Part shown: positions 13,790 to 24,776 of the stretch, one piece after another
Position numbering within the stretch: the first letter of the stretch is position 1
Layout: every line of letters starts with the position of its first letter
Source: Octopus bimaculoides
Taxonomy: Eukaryota
Length of the DNA: 64,000 nt
Reading direction: 5' to 3'
Assembly: GCF_001194135.2 (NCBI RefSeq)
Contig: NC_068987.1
Coordinates: forward strand, 79,626,861-79,690,860
Made by a program: the position numbers and the translations under genes
Notes under the pieces: model-generated
Database searches by the model: none
Told to the model about the DNA's origin: nothing
Seen by the model: the letters and a program-made list of their open reading frames with translations, nothing else

Positions 13790-14296
13790 CACGTGACAAA
13801 AGGGAATCTCACTTTCTGTCCACTGCCTTCCTAAAGAAAAGGCGAGTTTTTTCCGTCTCTTCTCTCATGGCACGTCTACCTAGCGTTCATAATAACAGCC
13901 CTCACTGTTTGTTTTTACTGTCTTGTTCTCACTGTCCTGTTCTTGTTAACACTTTCACCCTCCACAAAAAATTCCAGATTTTATTTAATTTGCTTTGCGA
14001 GAAAGAGCATCATAGCCATGTCATGAGAGGAATTCTTTGGGGTTTGGATAATTCACATTTGGAAACATGGATGTTTTGTCCAACACTCTTCAGCAACCCT
14101 TATTCAAGGACCTTTTGAGCAGGATAGGCTACTCGACTTGAAGAAAATTCTGCAAGGTCATGCGCTGTTTACCTTGATGTGAGATCACTATGCCGCGAAC
14201 ATATGGTTGTGATGCATGTGCCCCTCGTGTATTTTATTAGACGGGTAGTCAAAATGGGTATACTTAGCATCCTATATTTTACCCTAGTATTACTTC
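13790..14296 (-). mobile_element. Dispersed repeat, possibly the 5' UTR and endonuclease start of an APE-type LINE
   Basis: Similar sequence occurs at 14540-14740 and about 30060-30155. The minus strand weakly reads AVIMNAR (xNVRT-like). Confidence 0.4.
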
Positions 14297-14522
14297 TTAT
14301 TTCTTTATTGCCCACGAGGGCCTAAACATAGAGGGGACAAACAAGGACAGACAAACGGATTAAGTCGATTACATCGACCCCAGTGCGTAACTGAAACTTA
14401 ATGTATCGACCCCGAAAGGATGAAAGGCAAAGTCAACCTCAGCGGAACTGGAACTCAGAACGTAACGGCAGACGAAACACCGCTAAGCATTTCGCCCGGC
14501 GTGCTAACGCTTCTGCCAGCTC
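14297..14522 (-). mobile_element. SINE family B, young copy with a 16-bp target-site duplication
   Basis: Head gagctggcagaagcgttagcacgccggg, B-box gagttccagttcc, core cctttcatcctttcggggtcgata. Flanks are ACCCTAGT[A/G]TTACTTC at 14281-14296 and 14523-14538. Confidence 0.9.
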
Positions 14523-14539
14523 ACCCTAGTGTTACTTCG

Positions 14540-14740
14540 ATGGGCTGAATAAAATTTTAACCGGCCTCCACCTGCAAGGTCATGCGCTGTTTATCTTGAT
14601 GTGAGGTCACCATGTCGCGCACATATGGTTGTGATGCATCTGCCTGGTGTACCCTTATCAGATGGGTAGTCATGATGGGTATTCTGTGCTTCCTATATTT
14701 TACCCGTGTCATTTCGGTGGCATGCACTACTTTGTCACTC
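14540..14740 (-). repeat. Second tandem unit of the repeat at 14140-14296
   Basis: 14572-14705 aligns to 14150-14284 (ctgcaaggtcatgcgctgttta...cctatattttaccc). Confidence 0.85.
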
Positions 14741-15299
14741 AATAATAATAATAATAATTATTTTTGTTATTGTTGTTGTTATTATTATTATGAATATTAT
14801 TATTGTTATTGTCCTTGTTGTTATTTTAGTGAGCGTACACGTTTAACTTCTCTATGAAGAGCAGATGCTGTGAGATCAAATCATATGTTTTTGTCTCTTC
14901 GGTCAAGAAACAATCCTTGTGACTATTTCAGCATTTCTGTTACAACATCATCGGAGATCAATTGGTTATTTCTCTCACCACAGATGCAATGGTATGTAAT
15001 AGATTATATCAATTGATGGCATACAGAGATTCGAACAGAACTAGTTCTTTTATTAGTTAATTATTTTACATTGCCAACGATTTCATTCTAATGCAATTTA
15101 GAACAAACCAATTTACGTCTGTCCAAAGATTGCGCATATTATAAATAGATATAAACTATTTTGTCTATTATGAGGAAAATGAGTAAGAAAAAGCTGATGA
15201 AATAAAAAAAAAACATTGACACTGGTTTGGTCTGTTGTTTTCTTATTGCTACAAAGAGAGAAAAATGTGTGTTTTAACCAGAGTTACTGCATTTCACAG

Positions 15300-15707
15300 T
15301 GAGTGGGGTTCCTTGGCCCGGCAGTTCTACCGCGGGCGCTACCGGTTCGAAATAAACTCTACTTGTCCGAAATGCGCACACAATGATGAAACCGTTCTGC
15401 ATGCCCACGTTCAGTGTTCGGGCAGTACTGACTTGTGCGGTTATGCCGAATAGCTGCTGTCACGTGTGAGACGGATCCGTCTGTCGGTCGCGTCTGTAGT
15501 GATGATCGCACCGTCGCCCTCCTTCAATCGGCAGGCAAGGCAGTTTTTATTTGCCTGGTGGTTGTGGCGAAATAGGCTGTTTGATGGACAAGGCTGAAAA
15601 GCATGAGGACAGATACATTCCTCTTTGGTAGAATTCTCATTGACTTCTTCAAGATTCACTTGAAAAGGAAATTGAGAGTGGAGGGGGTGATGTCTTCGAG
15701 TGAATTT
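15300..15707 (+). mobile_element. Tx1/L1-clade LINE, ORF2 C-terminal fragment (zinc knuckle)
   Basis: CPKCAHNDETVLHAHVQC (C-x2-C-x8-H-x4-C), then LLSRV..., and WTRLK...FFKIHLKRKLRVE, with stops and a frameshift. Confidence 0.7.
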
Positions 15708-16320
15708 GAAATACACTACAAAATCAACACTCCTGCTTACTGGTATGAACATCTTCCTGAGCCAGTCGCTGAAGGTAAAAATATTAGTATCCTCTCGGAT
15801 TATCCAGTCAACACCGACAGAACAATCAAGGATAATCGACCACAGACATTAAAGACAGGGAAGAAAATACTTGTAATAGATCTAATAGACGTAAGTGTTC
15901 CCACTGATAAAAATATATCTGTAAAAGAATTTTACAAATTAAGTAAATACAATGACCTAGAAATTGAAATACCAAAATGTGGCATCTTAAGGCGAGAGCT
16001 GTTTCTGTCACTGTGGATGCCCTAGGCATGTTAAGAAAGGGATGTCAAAAACAATTAGAAAATATCTCAGGAGAACCATGTCTCAGAGAAATCCAAAAGA
16101 TTTTGCTAATGAGCACTGCCCACATCCTTAGAAAAATCCTATCAATTTAAATGTCTGTGTTGTATTACATGAAGATATTTTGCTACAGCCCTTGCAACTT
16201 CCCTTCCCCAAGCTTTCAGTCATATTGTAACATTTCTTATCCTTCACTCGCCGTAGGACGTTGGGTGTGTCTCGTCAAGTGATTGTAACAAACATGTAGA
16301 TTAAATGTAAGTAATAACAA
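15708..16320 (+). mobile_element. R4/Dong-type RLE LINE 3' end (restriction-like endonuclease plus 3' UTR)
   Basis: WYEHLPEPV...NTDRTIKDNRP...IDVSVPTDKNISVKEFYKLSKYNDLEIEI, then ALGM...EIQKILLMSTAHILRKILSI* (stop at 16148-16150). Confidence 0.85.
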
Positions 16321-17427
16321 CAGCGAGAGGGTCATTAGATGAGTTTGGACAAAGATGCAAAACTAATTCTACTTTTCAATAATAGAAATTCAAATATAAA
16401 TTAACATTATAATGTAATTATATATTTCTGTTTTATATGTAAACACCTATGTAAATACCTATGTTCATTCAACATACCTATCGAACTATCCGCTTACATA
16501 ATCGCATATACGCATACATATTATATGAACTCGTGTAAAAATCAGCTCATATTGCATTCATGTCCTACATGTACTGAGAATATATTTATCACCAACTTAA
16601 GTGATTGATAAGGAAATCTAAAGAAACACAGGTTTGGTTTGAAGTTTATCTGACACTAAATAAATAAGCAATGTCCTCTTGTATTCTTTTCTTTGTCTTC
16701 TAACACTTGTCGGAAAGTGAGACACTGCAAAACATACATTCACAATCTTCTACGACTTGCAGCTATATTTAAATAAAATTTAATCTTTAAATTTCTCTCT
16801 GCTTAATTCATGCAATATTGTCTCTCACATGCATTTTTATTTAAAGTAAACTGTTATCTCGCCTGACCTTTTTGAACATTATTTTCTTCGGCCATGATAA
16901 ATTATTAAATGAATTTTACTATTTTCTAGTATGTTTACACATTCTTGCTCGTTGTACACTAACTGAACATTGCCTGAATTATTTTGTTATCATTTTAGCA
17001 AAACAATTTTCCTTTAACTTCGTAAGTTTTATTTTTCACCGGAATATTGCAATACCAGCAGCTTGCTGTCTAACAATACCGTAGAATTAACTGTATTCGT
17101 GGTGAACTGTAAGAATACCAAGAATAAAAACACACATGAACTTGTTTAATGTGGGATTAAGTTAGATATGTATGATGGGAGAAGAAAATGTACCATTGGT
17201 GAACAGTTTTCGAACAATTGAAATCGTGATCCCTAGTTGAGCATGCAAACTCTGAATATATATATCTACAATCTGAAATCACACCCAGTTTAATGCACAG
17301 AAATCTTTACTTCAGTGTCACTGCTAAATTATTGTACCGATGTATCTATCAGCCGTGCGCTTTTGAAACCGAAAGTACTTTACTAAATTGCTAGAAAGTA
17401 GAATAATACCGCTTTCCAGCGGTTATT

Positions 17428-17997
17428 TTGAAGACGTTTAAAAAAAGGTTTAAAAACTTTCTCGTCATGCTCGTTTCTCAGATAATACGAAACAAGCATT
17501 GGCTTCATACAAAAATTCCATATTCAGATATTAGCTGTGTTGAAGTAACCTCTCACACAATTAAACACGATGTCCTGGTACATATGATCTTCTACACAGT
17601 AGTAATGCTCCATATTGCTAGAGCTCATAACACTTCCTCTTTACTTTCATTCTATCGATCTATGTTCGCCACGTTTATTAAGAAATACTTATTAGCTGCC
17701 TTCAAAGCAAGAGCCGTCTGCTCTTGCTTTGAAGAACAGATGACTGTTTTTTCAGCTTATTACTTTCGTTTCGCCCTCAGCATTTTCACACGGCTAAATT
17801 ATAAAGCTCACATGTTAGGACGCTCGGTTTATCGCAGACGATACTTAAAACTTTTCAGACGATACTTAAAACTTTTCAGACGACAGACCTTTAGAAATAT
17901 ATTTATTCCTATTAAAGTAATACAAAACGCATCAACTATGAATGAGACGTTCACAGAATTACTTGGCGGCAATTCCAATTCCTGTTTCTGTTTGTAA
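17428..17997 (+). other. 189-aa ORF of unknown significance
   Basis: The only long ORF in non-microsatellite, ungapped sequence that I cannot assign to a TE. I recognise no domain. Confidence 0.15.
17700..17734. repeat. Perfect 15-bp hairpin with a 5-nt loop
   Basis: cttcaaagcaagagc-cgtct-gctcttgctttgaag. Confidence 0.95.
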
Positions 17998-18710
17998 TAG
18001 GGTTCCACAAGTGACAACAGTTTGCAAATACCAAAGAACCAAGTGAATTTGAAACTTTCACGTTTAATGTATTCTTAACTTCCCTCAAAGTTTCAGTACA
18101 TTCCTCTTCTTTAGTCATAGAGGTAACTGTTCATTATTGCTTGTTGTTGTCTTGAACGTCGGTTCATATTCCAAAGATATAGTGTCTGAGAGTGAACTGG
18201 AATTGATACTAGTTTCTACCTCCAAAAATTACGACTGCATATGACTCTTGATATAACCACGAACTTGGCATGACCAAGGATTTATTGTACAGCTGCAAAA
18301 TAGATTTATGGAGAGTTAGTTCGTGTGGCTAAAACGTACGAATGTAGTATTTTCATATCTTGAAAGTTTCGCTAAAATATGTGAGAAACACATACACACT
18401 CATGTATATATATAACAGATAGTAATAACAGAGATAGAAGACAAGAGAATATAGTGTTCAATTATTTATTAATAACACTTTATATGTTTCAGTGACAATT
18501 ATGCAATGATAACTAAATTTATTATATTACCATTATAGCCTAAAATCCTGTAACATGGTATTATCTGTGTAATAACGCGGCTTTTCTTTCTATGAATCTT
18601 TTATCGAGGAGTGTTATACAACATATGGAGTTCTAACTCAGAGATGAATATATATGTATGGATATGTCTTGCACATGAAAGGCGTCTCTCCTACGCTCTG
18701 CTTTTCTCTT

Positions 18711-18744
<34 letters not shown>

Positions 18745-18961
18745 GCCATATGTACACAAATATGTGTGTATATATNNNNNNNNNNNNNNNNNNNNNNNNN
18801 NNNNNNNNNNNNNNNNNNNNNNNNNNNNNNNNNNNNNNNNNNNNNNNNNNNNNNNNNNNNNNNNNNNNNNNNNNNNNNNNNNNNNNNNNNNNNNNNNNNN
18901 NNNNNNNNNNNNNNNNNNNNNNNNNNNNNNNNNNNNNNNNNNNNNNNNNNNNNNNNNNNNN

Positions 18962-18996
<35 letters not shown>

Positions 18997-20966
18997 GTGT
19001 TTGTATATACATACGTATATATATATACATGTATATATATGCGTACAAATATGTATTATTTTAAAATTAAATAGATATATCTGCACATGTATGTGCGTGG
19101 TGCAGTGTGTTAATCCATGTATGTATATTTGTCTGTTTTTATGTATGGTTTGTGTAGTACTACACTGAATTGTCTCCGAACGTATGTTTTGTATGTCCAC
19201 ATCTATGTATAATATTCTGTGTGCACACATTAATGTTATTCTGTACCTCGGCATTATATAATTAGTTATGTCTACAAATGGAAGCTAAAATTCGTAAACT
19301 ACATCCAATATTCATATCCTCTGTGAACTTTAGATTTAATACAGAAATTACATTACCATCTGCAATTGGCAGACATTCCAAACCACTTTAGAAATAATTA
19401 AAAATCAAATGATGATAAAAGCTTCAATAGATGGAAAAATTTAATCACACTGTTTCTACAAAAGTAATATAAACAAATTAAAGCTAGTTTCATATTTTCA
19501 GTTTTAACTGGGATTCATTTCTTCTTACTCAATTGGCGTAAAACATAATATCAAAATACATACGAAAAAAATAATGCAAAAATTCTAGAGCTACGAAGAG
19601 CCGAAACGTAAGAAACATTAGCGAAACTAATACCAAGATATACAAAAAAAAAAAAGACGGAATATTTCCATTAAGTGCACCCATAATGATAAACCTTCTA
19701 AATTCCTTGATTCTTGTAGATGCTGAAAATTAAATATGTTTCTGTGAAATGCATTAAATCTCATTTGCTGCTTTTTCGGAATCCTCATGCCATTTATTCC
19801 TCTATGCTTTTGTTTCTGTTCATTAGTTTCTCTCTCTGCAGTGAATAGAGAAATGGTCTTAGGCAAATGTCGAGATCATTTTAGAAATACAGTCTTTAGT
19901 AAACTATTTAAATTCAATGGCTGAATTGTTTCTCTTTGATTGAAAATTTATTTCATAAGCTAAACTATTTACCTATTATGTGTAATTCTTTCATTCAGCT
20001 TGCCAGATTATTTGATTTCCACGGCTAAATTGTTTACCTTGTACGCTTAAATTGTTTTACTTTAATCACTCAATTCATTCATTATGAACATCAAATTTCT
20101 ATCTTCAATGTACACGTTGCTTTGTTTTCAGCTGTAAATTATATAATTCTGCGGACTAAATTGTTTAATTCTAATTTATAAATTGTTTTTCTCTTCATTG
20201 TCAAATTCTTGTGATTTCGAAAGCTAAACTGTTCAACAAGTATGCATATATTGCTTCAATTATTAGGTAAATTATTCTATTTCAAAGTTTAGATTATTTA
20301 ACTTGCATCAATAAATTGCTTCACATTCAGTAAATTATTTAATTTTGGTAGATTTCAAAGATAATTTCGGTTTCTGTTTTTAACCTTTTTAAACCGTTGT
20401 ACTCTTTTTTGACTCTTAACACAACATTTTTCACCTACAATGCAAGCAAAACGAATGAGAGGTGATTTGAATGTATTTTCTAAACAAACTCTAAATTGCC
20501 TACAATGAATCACCTTCTTAAATTGTAGGCGAGAGGCAAAATATATTTGACTGATAAACTTGGTTTTTATGATTCTCTCAATTTTGAAATATCTATGTTA
20601 CCAATGAATGAATGAATGAATGAATGCACAAATAATTGAAGAATCGACTTAATTATACTTTACCCGCATGAAAATTTCATTCATTATTTTTTTTTTTTAT
20701 CGGATTGCTACAGAAGGAAAGGTAGCGCCTTCGAATCATTACCTTTTCAGGACCTTCAAGACTGCTGCGAAGAAGAAAGGAATTTATCCATAAATCTGAA
20801 ATCTCTCTTGCAAGCATTCGAGTGGTACGCATGAAAGTTGCCAGAGCATGGTATTAAATCGGACAATGGATTAAGTCTAACATCCAAATACATAGAATTT
20901 AAAGAGCCAGACAAACTCTAACTCTAATAATTCCATCAGTCCACAATGCTTACATGCATACACACA

Positions 20967-21006
<40 letters not shown>

Positions 21007-21081
21007 NNNNNNNNNNNNNNNNNNNNNNNNNNNNNNNNNNNNNNNNNNNNNNNNNNNNNNNNNNNNNNNNNNNNNNNNNNN

Positions 21082-21113
<32 letters not shown>

Positions 21114-21119
<6 letters not shown>

Positions 21120-21368
21120 TTATACATACGTACATCTATACACACGCACATATTTACGATTGTCTTAAATTTATTCATTTGGTAAAGCTGCAAATCTCTT
21201 ACCAGGATATCTTTGCAATTAACTTTCATTCTCTGTCATATAATTTGTGCTTTGAATTATTGATCAAGGATTCTGCCTTAATTTTAATGAAGGCTTTACA
21301 TCAAAATTCAGATGCTTCATATACCTTAATCTTTATTTCAAAGTTCGGCACATTGCCAGAAATTTCGG
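21114..21368 (+). repeat. Left arm of a long inverted repeat
   Basis: Reverse-complement match to 22514-22773. The ORF-track peptides at 20954+ and 22542- are near-identical. Confidence 0.95.
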
Positions 21369-21655
21369 CACTATGAATATGTGATTAGAATGCCGCAAGA
21401 AAAATTCCCAGGACGAATACTTCAAGTCGAGCGAACCAGTAGTGGACCTAGAGATACACCGAGAACGGGATGTTTGTATAGTATCTACAATTTCAGTTGG
21501 CCATACTTGGAAACCCAACCGGAAAGTGCAATTACAACAGGTTGCTTTTAATAGGACCCTATTGAGGAAGATGTCCGAGGCTTTAGCCCTACGGTCTTGC
21601 AGGAATTGTGGGCCGAGAAGTTGAATGGAAAGGATGATGGAAAACAAATATGATT
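21369..21655 (+). mobile_element. 3' end of an RTE-clade (Rex3/Expander-like) LINE
   Basis: YVIRMPQEKFPGRILQVERTSSGPRDTPRTGCL...FSWPYLETQPE, then VAFNRTLLRKMSEALALRS, which is the decayed GHVxRMP...RPRGRPRTRW terminus. Confidence 0.75.
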
Positions 21656-22344
21656 TCGCTGAGTCTTGAAATCAGAAAGCAGAGAACGAATCTGTACAGC
21701 AAGGAGATACCCTTAATCTTTGACTATTCTGTCCATTCCGGAAAAACAAAAAGTAAATCTACTACGTAAGAATTCGAACTCGGAAATTGTAGGGACAAAA
21801 ATAACTGCCTTAAGCGATATATCTTAATTATATACTTAAATCAAATACTTTGCCCTTTAATAATGGGTCGACCTACAGATGGGTGCAATCAATGCTTCTT
21901 ACTAAATTTAGGACGTCATTTAAACCGCGATATGATAGATATAACAGCAACGTATAAATGGAAAAAAAAACATCTAATGATAATATAACCATGGGCTTTC
22001 AAACACACAGAATGGTCACAAATTTAGATACTTTTTTCCTAGGTCTGCCCGAGTAGAATATTCGACCATGCGTTTTTAGTGGTTCGATTCATTTAATTAT
22101 CTCCTCGGGTGGATTACATTCTGTAATTCAAAACGTGCAGCCTTGATACACACACACTCATAGGCTGCCAACTCTCCCAGAGAATCATGTTAAGTCTGAA
22201 AGTCACTGTGACATGGTCCGCCAATTACAGCTAAATTAAAGAATAGATAATTCTCTTCATCATCCAAATGAAACCTTGTCGTTTCTTTCTGAAGATCCAC
22301 CAACGCCACCACTGCTAGCATCAGCAAAACTACTAAACTGAGGT

Positions 22345-22558
22345 AACAGAACCATTGGTACGCCAGGAAAAATGCTTACCTATATTTCTTCCGTCTTTAC
22401 GCTCGGAGTTCAAATGCTACGATCGGTGTTCAATTTCGCCTTCCATCCTTTCGGGGTCGTTAAAATAAGTACGATTTGAGCACTGGAATTGATTAATCGA
22501 CATAGCCCCTCCTTCGAAATTTCTGGCATTATGCTAAACTTTCAAATCAATATTGAGA
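22345..22558 (+). mobile_element. SINE family B
   Basis: ggagttcaaat B-box, gccttccatcctttcggggtcgttaaaataagtac core, and a cccctccttcgaaatttctggc tail. Confidence 0.75.
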
Positions 22559-22773
22559 TATATGAAACATCTGAATTTTGATGTAAAGCCTTCATTAAAA
22601 TTAAGGCAGAATCCTTGATCAATAATTCAAAGCACAAATTATATGACAGAGAATGAAAGTTAATTGCAAAGATATCCTGGTAAGAGATTTGCTGTTTTAC
22701 CAAATGAATAAATTTAGGACAATCGTAAATAATATATGTGCGTGTGTATAGATGTACGTATGTATAAGTGTAT
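22514..22773 (-). repeat. Right arm of a long inverted repeat
   Basis: See the left arm. The outer 210/215 nt differ by 4 substitutions and one 5-nt indel. Confidence 0.95.
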
Positions 22774-23281
22774 GTTTGTGTGTGTGCATGTGCGGGGATG
22801 TGTATGCATATGTATATATACATATGTGAGTGTGTGTATGCATCTAAGCATATATATAAGCATGTGCGTTTGTGCATGTGTGTTAGTATTTCCTCAACGA
22901 AGTTATGCAGTTTATGTATTGTAATGGTTGTTGTATATAAAGCCTATAAGCATTAGTCGTCTAGAGGATATGAAATTCGCGGTAAATAACCAATAAAGAG
23001 ATATTCATCCTATTATAACGATAAAGCGTTGCTCATAAAAATTTATGGCACGAATAACAAAAATATTAATTAATTTCAATGAAATATATGAACTGAAATT
23101 GATAATGTATATCTTTAATGAAAAATGTATAAATCGTGATAATCTATTGCTTTCTCGTATATTATTATTTATTCATCATTATTTCCTATCTTTTGTTAAA
23201 ATATGTTTTTGATTCTTTGCTGCACGAAACAAAAGGCGTACATATATACTCTCCCTCCCTCCATCTCTCACTCTCTCTCAT

Positions 23282-23319
<38 letters not shown>

Positions 23320-23524
23320 TTATATATGAATTTATCTAAAACATTTGCATATTACACATGCATTGCGTATGTATATATCGATATCAGGTGAAAATGAGNN
23401 NNNNNNNNNNNNNNNNNNNNNNNNNNNNNNNNNNNNNNNNNNNNNNNNNNNNNNNNNNNNNNNNNNNNNNNNNNNNNNNNNNNNNNNNNNNNNNNNNNNN
23501 NNNNNNNNNNNNNNNNNNNNNNNN

Positions 23525-23560
<36 letters not shown>

Positions 23561-23575
23561 ATATGTACATACATT

Positions 23576-23639
<64 letters not shown>

Positions 23640-23936
23640 CATATGTGTGTATGCGTGCGTGGTGTGTATGTGCTTGCGTATAAGAATGTAAGCTTGTTTA
23701 ATTCACACTATGTTAAGAAATGTCTAACAGACTCTTCCGCAGTTTAACCGAACATTTCTTATAAAACTGTTTCCCGATTTCATTCCCCAGTTGATAGCAT
23801 TAACTATTCAGTTTTCATATAAAGCACTCACAAATTACGCTATTGCCGTAGTGGATAATATTATTTCCATAGTTGTATTTTAGAAGATATACGTACATGC
23901 ATAAATACATACATACGAAACAGGAAGAGCTGTAAA

Positions 23937-24022
23937 ATGTGCAGACCTTGTGGAGTTAAGCCCGAAGATATGACCCACATCATAACCAGTTGTCCAAAAA
24001 TGTCTTCACGGTATTATCTACA
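23937..24022 (+). mobile_element. CCHC zinc-knuckle fragment of an R4/Dong-type LINE
   Basis: CRPCGVKPEDMTHIITSCPKMSSRYYL is C-x2-C-x8-H-x4-C followed by the KEY/RYY-like motif that precedes RHD/N. Confidence 0.7.
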
Positions 24023-24160
24023 CAAATCTTGCAAAATAGCTACCCAGATTTTCCTGGTTGAAATAATTTATTCCGCCATTTATGAAGCTGCAAGCATGGT
24101 CGTTTGTCAGTTGTTGTTTTAGTTAAGTCGTATATCAATAACCAACGAGTCGGCCTCGGA

Positions 24161-24495
24161 TGCACATGTAGAGTCAAATATAAATGTCCTCTAGGACAAG
24201 AATGCGATGTATCTTCCGTTGTTTATGATGCATAGGTTTCAACAAACTACGACAATGGTTGTACAAATGAAACGTTTTTTCGGCATCGTGGAAGAAAGCT
24301 TAAAGAAGGGACCAATTTCGATGTCAAATGGAAAGTCTTCTCTAAATCCAAACCCTAAATTAACGGATCAGTGCGTTCGCTTGAAAACCTGTATTCATGA
24401 AAACACTTGGGAACCCCCAACGAATACATAAATTCGAGGAAGATTTTTTTCATTATGTCTATATTTCAAAAATACATCTTGCTGGAACTTAAAAC
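24161..24495 (+). mobile_element. Decayed GIY-YIG region of a Penelope-like element
   Basis: CTCRVKYKCPLGQECDVSSVVYDA...KLKEGTNFDVKWKVFSKSKP...YINSR resembles CNC...CPLxGxC...VVY...IKWxI...LNxR of PLE ORF ends. Confidence 0.65.
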
Positions 24496-24743
24496 TGTAC
24501 CACAAGATACTCAGTAAACCATTAAAATATTGTAACGTTGGTTATCTCGCTTGTGTTTTATCATTTTTTCGTCTTTTCAAGCGTCTCTTGTTTTAACGCT
24601 AAAAAAAAAAGAAAAATAGAAAAAGAAAAAGCTGGCAAACTGTCTTGCTTTCAGCTTGATTAATGACGGAATGGATTATTATCTCGACCAGGTAACCTGT
24701 GTAGCTATTTGCAAGATTTTGGGGTTTTAATTGAAGGTTATAC

Positions 24744-24776
<33 letters not shown>

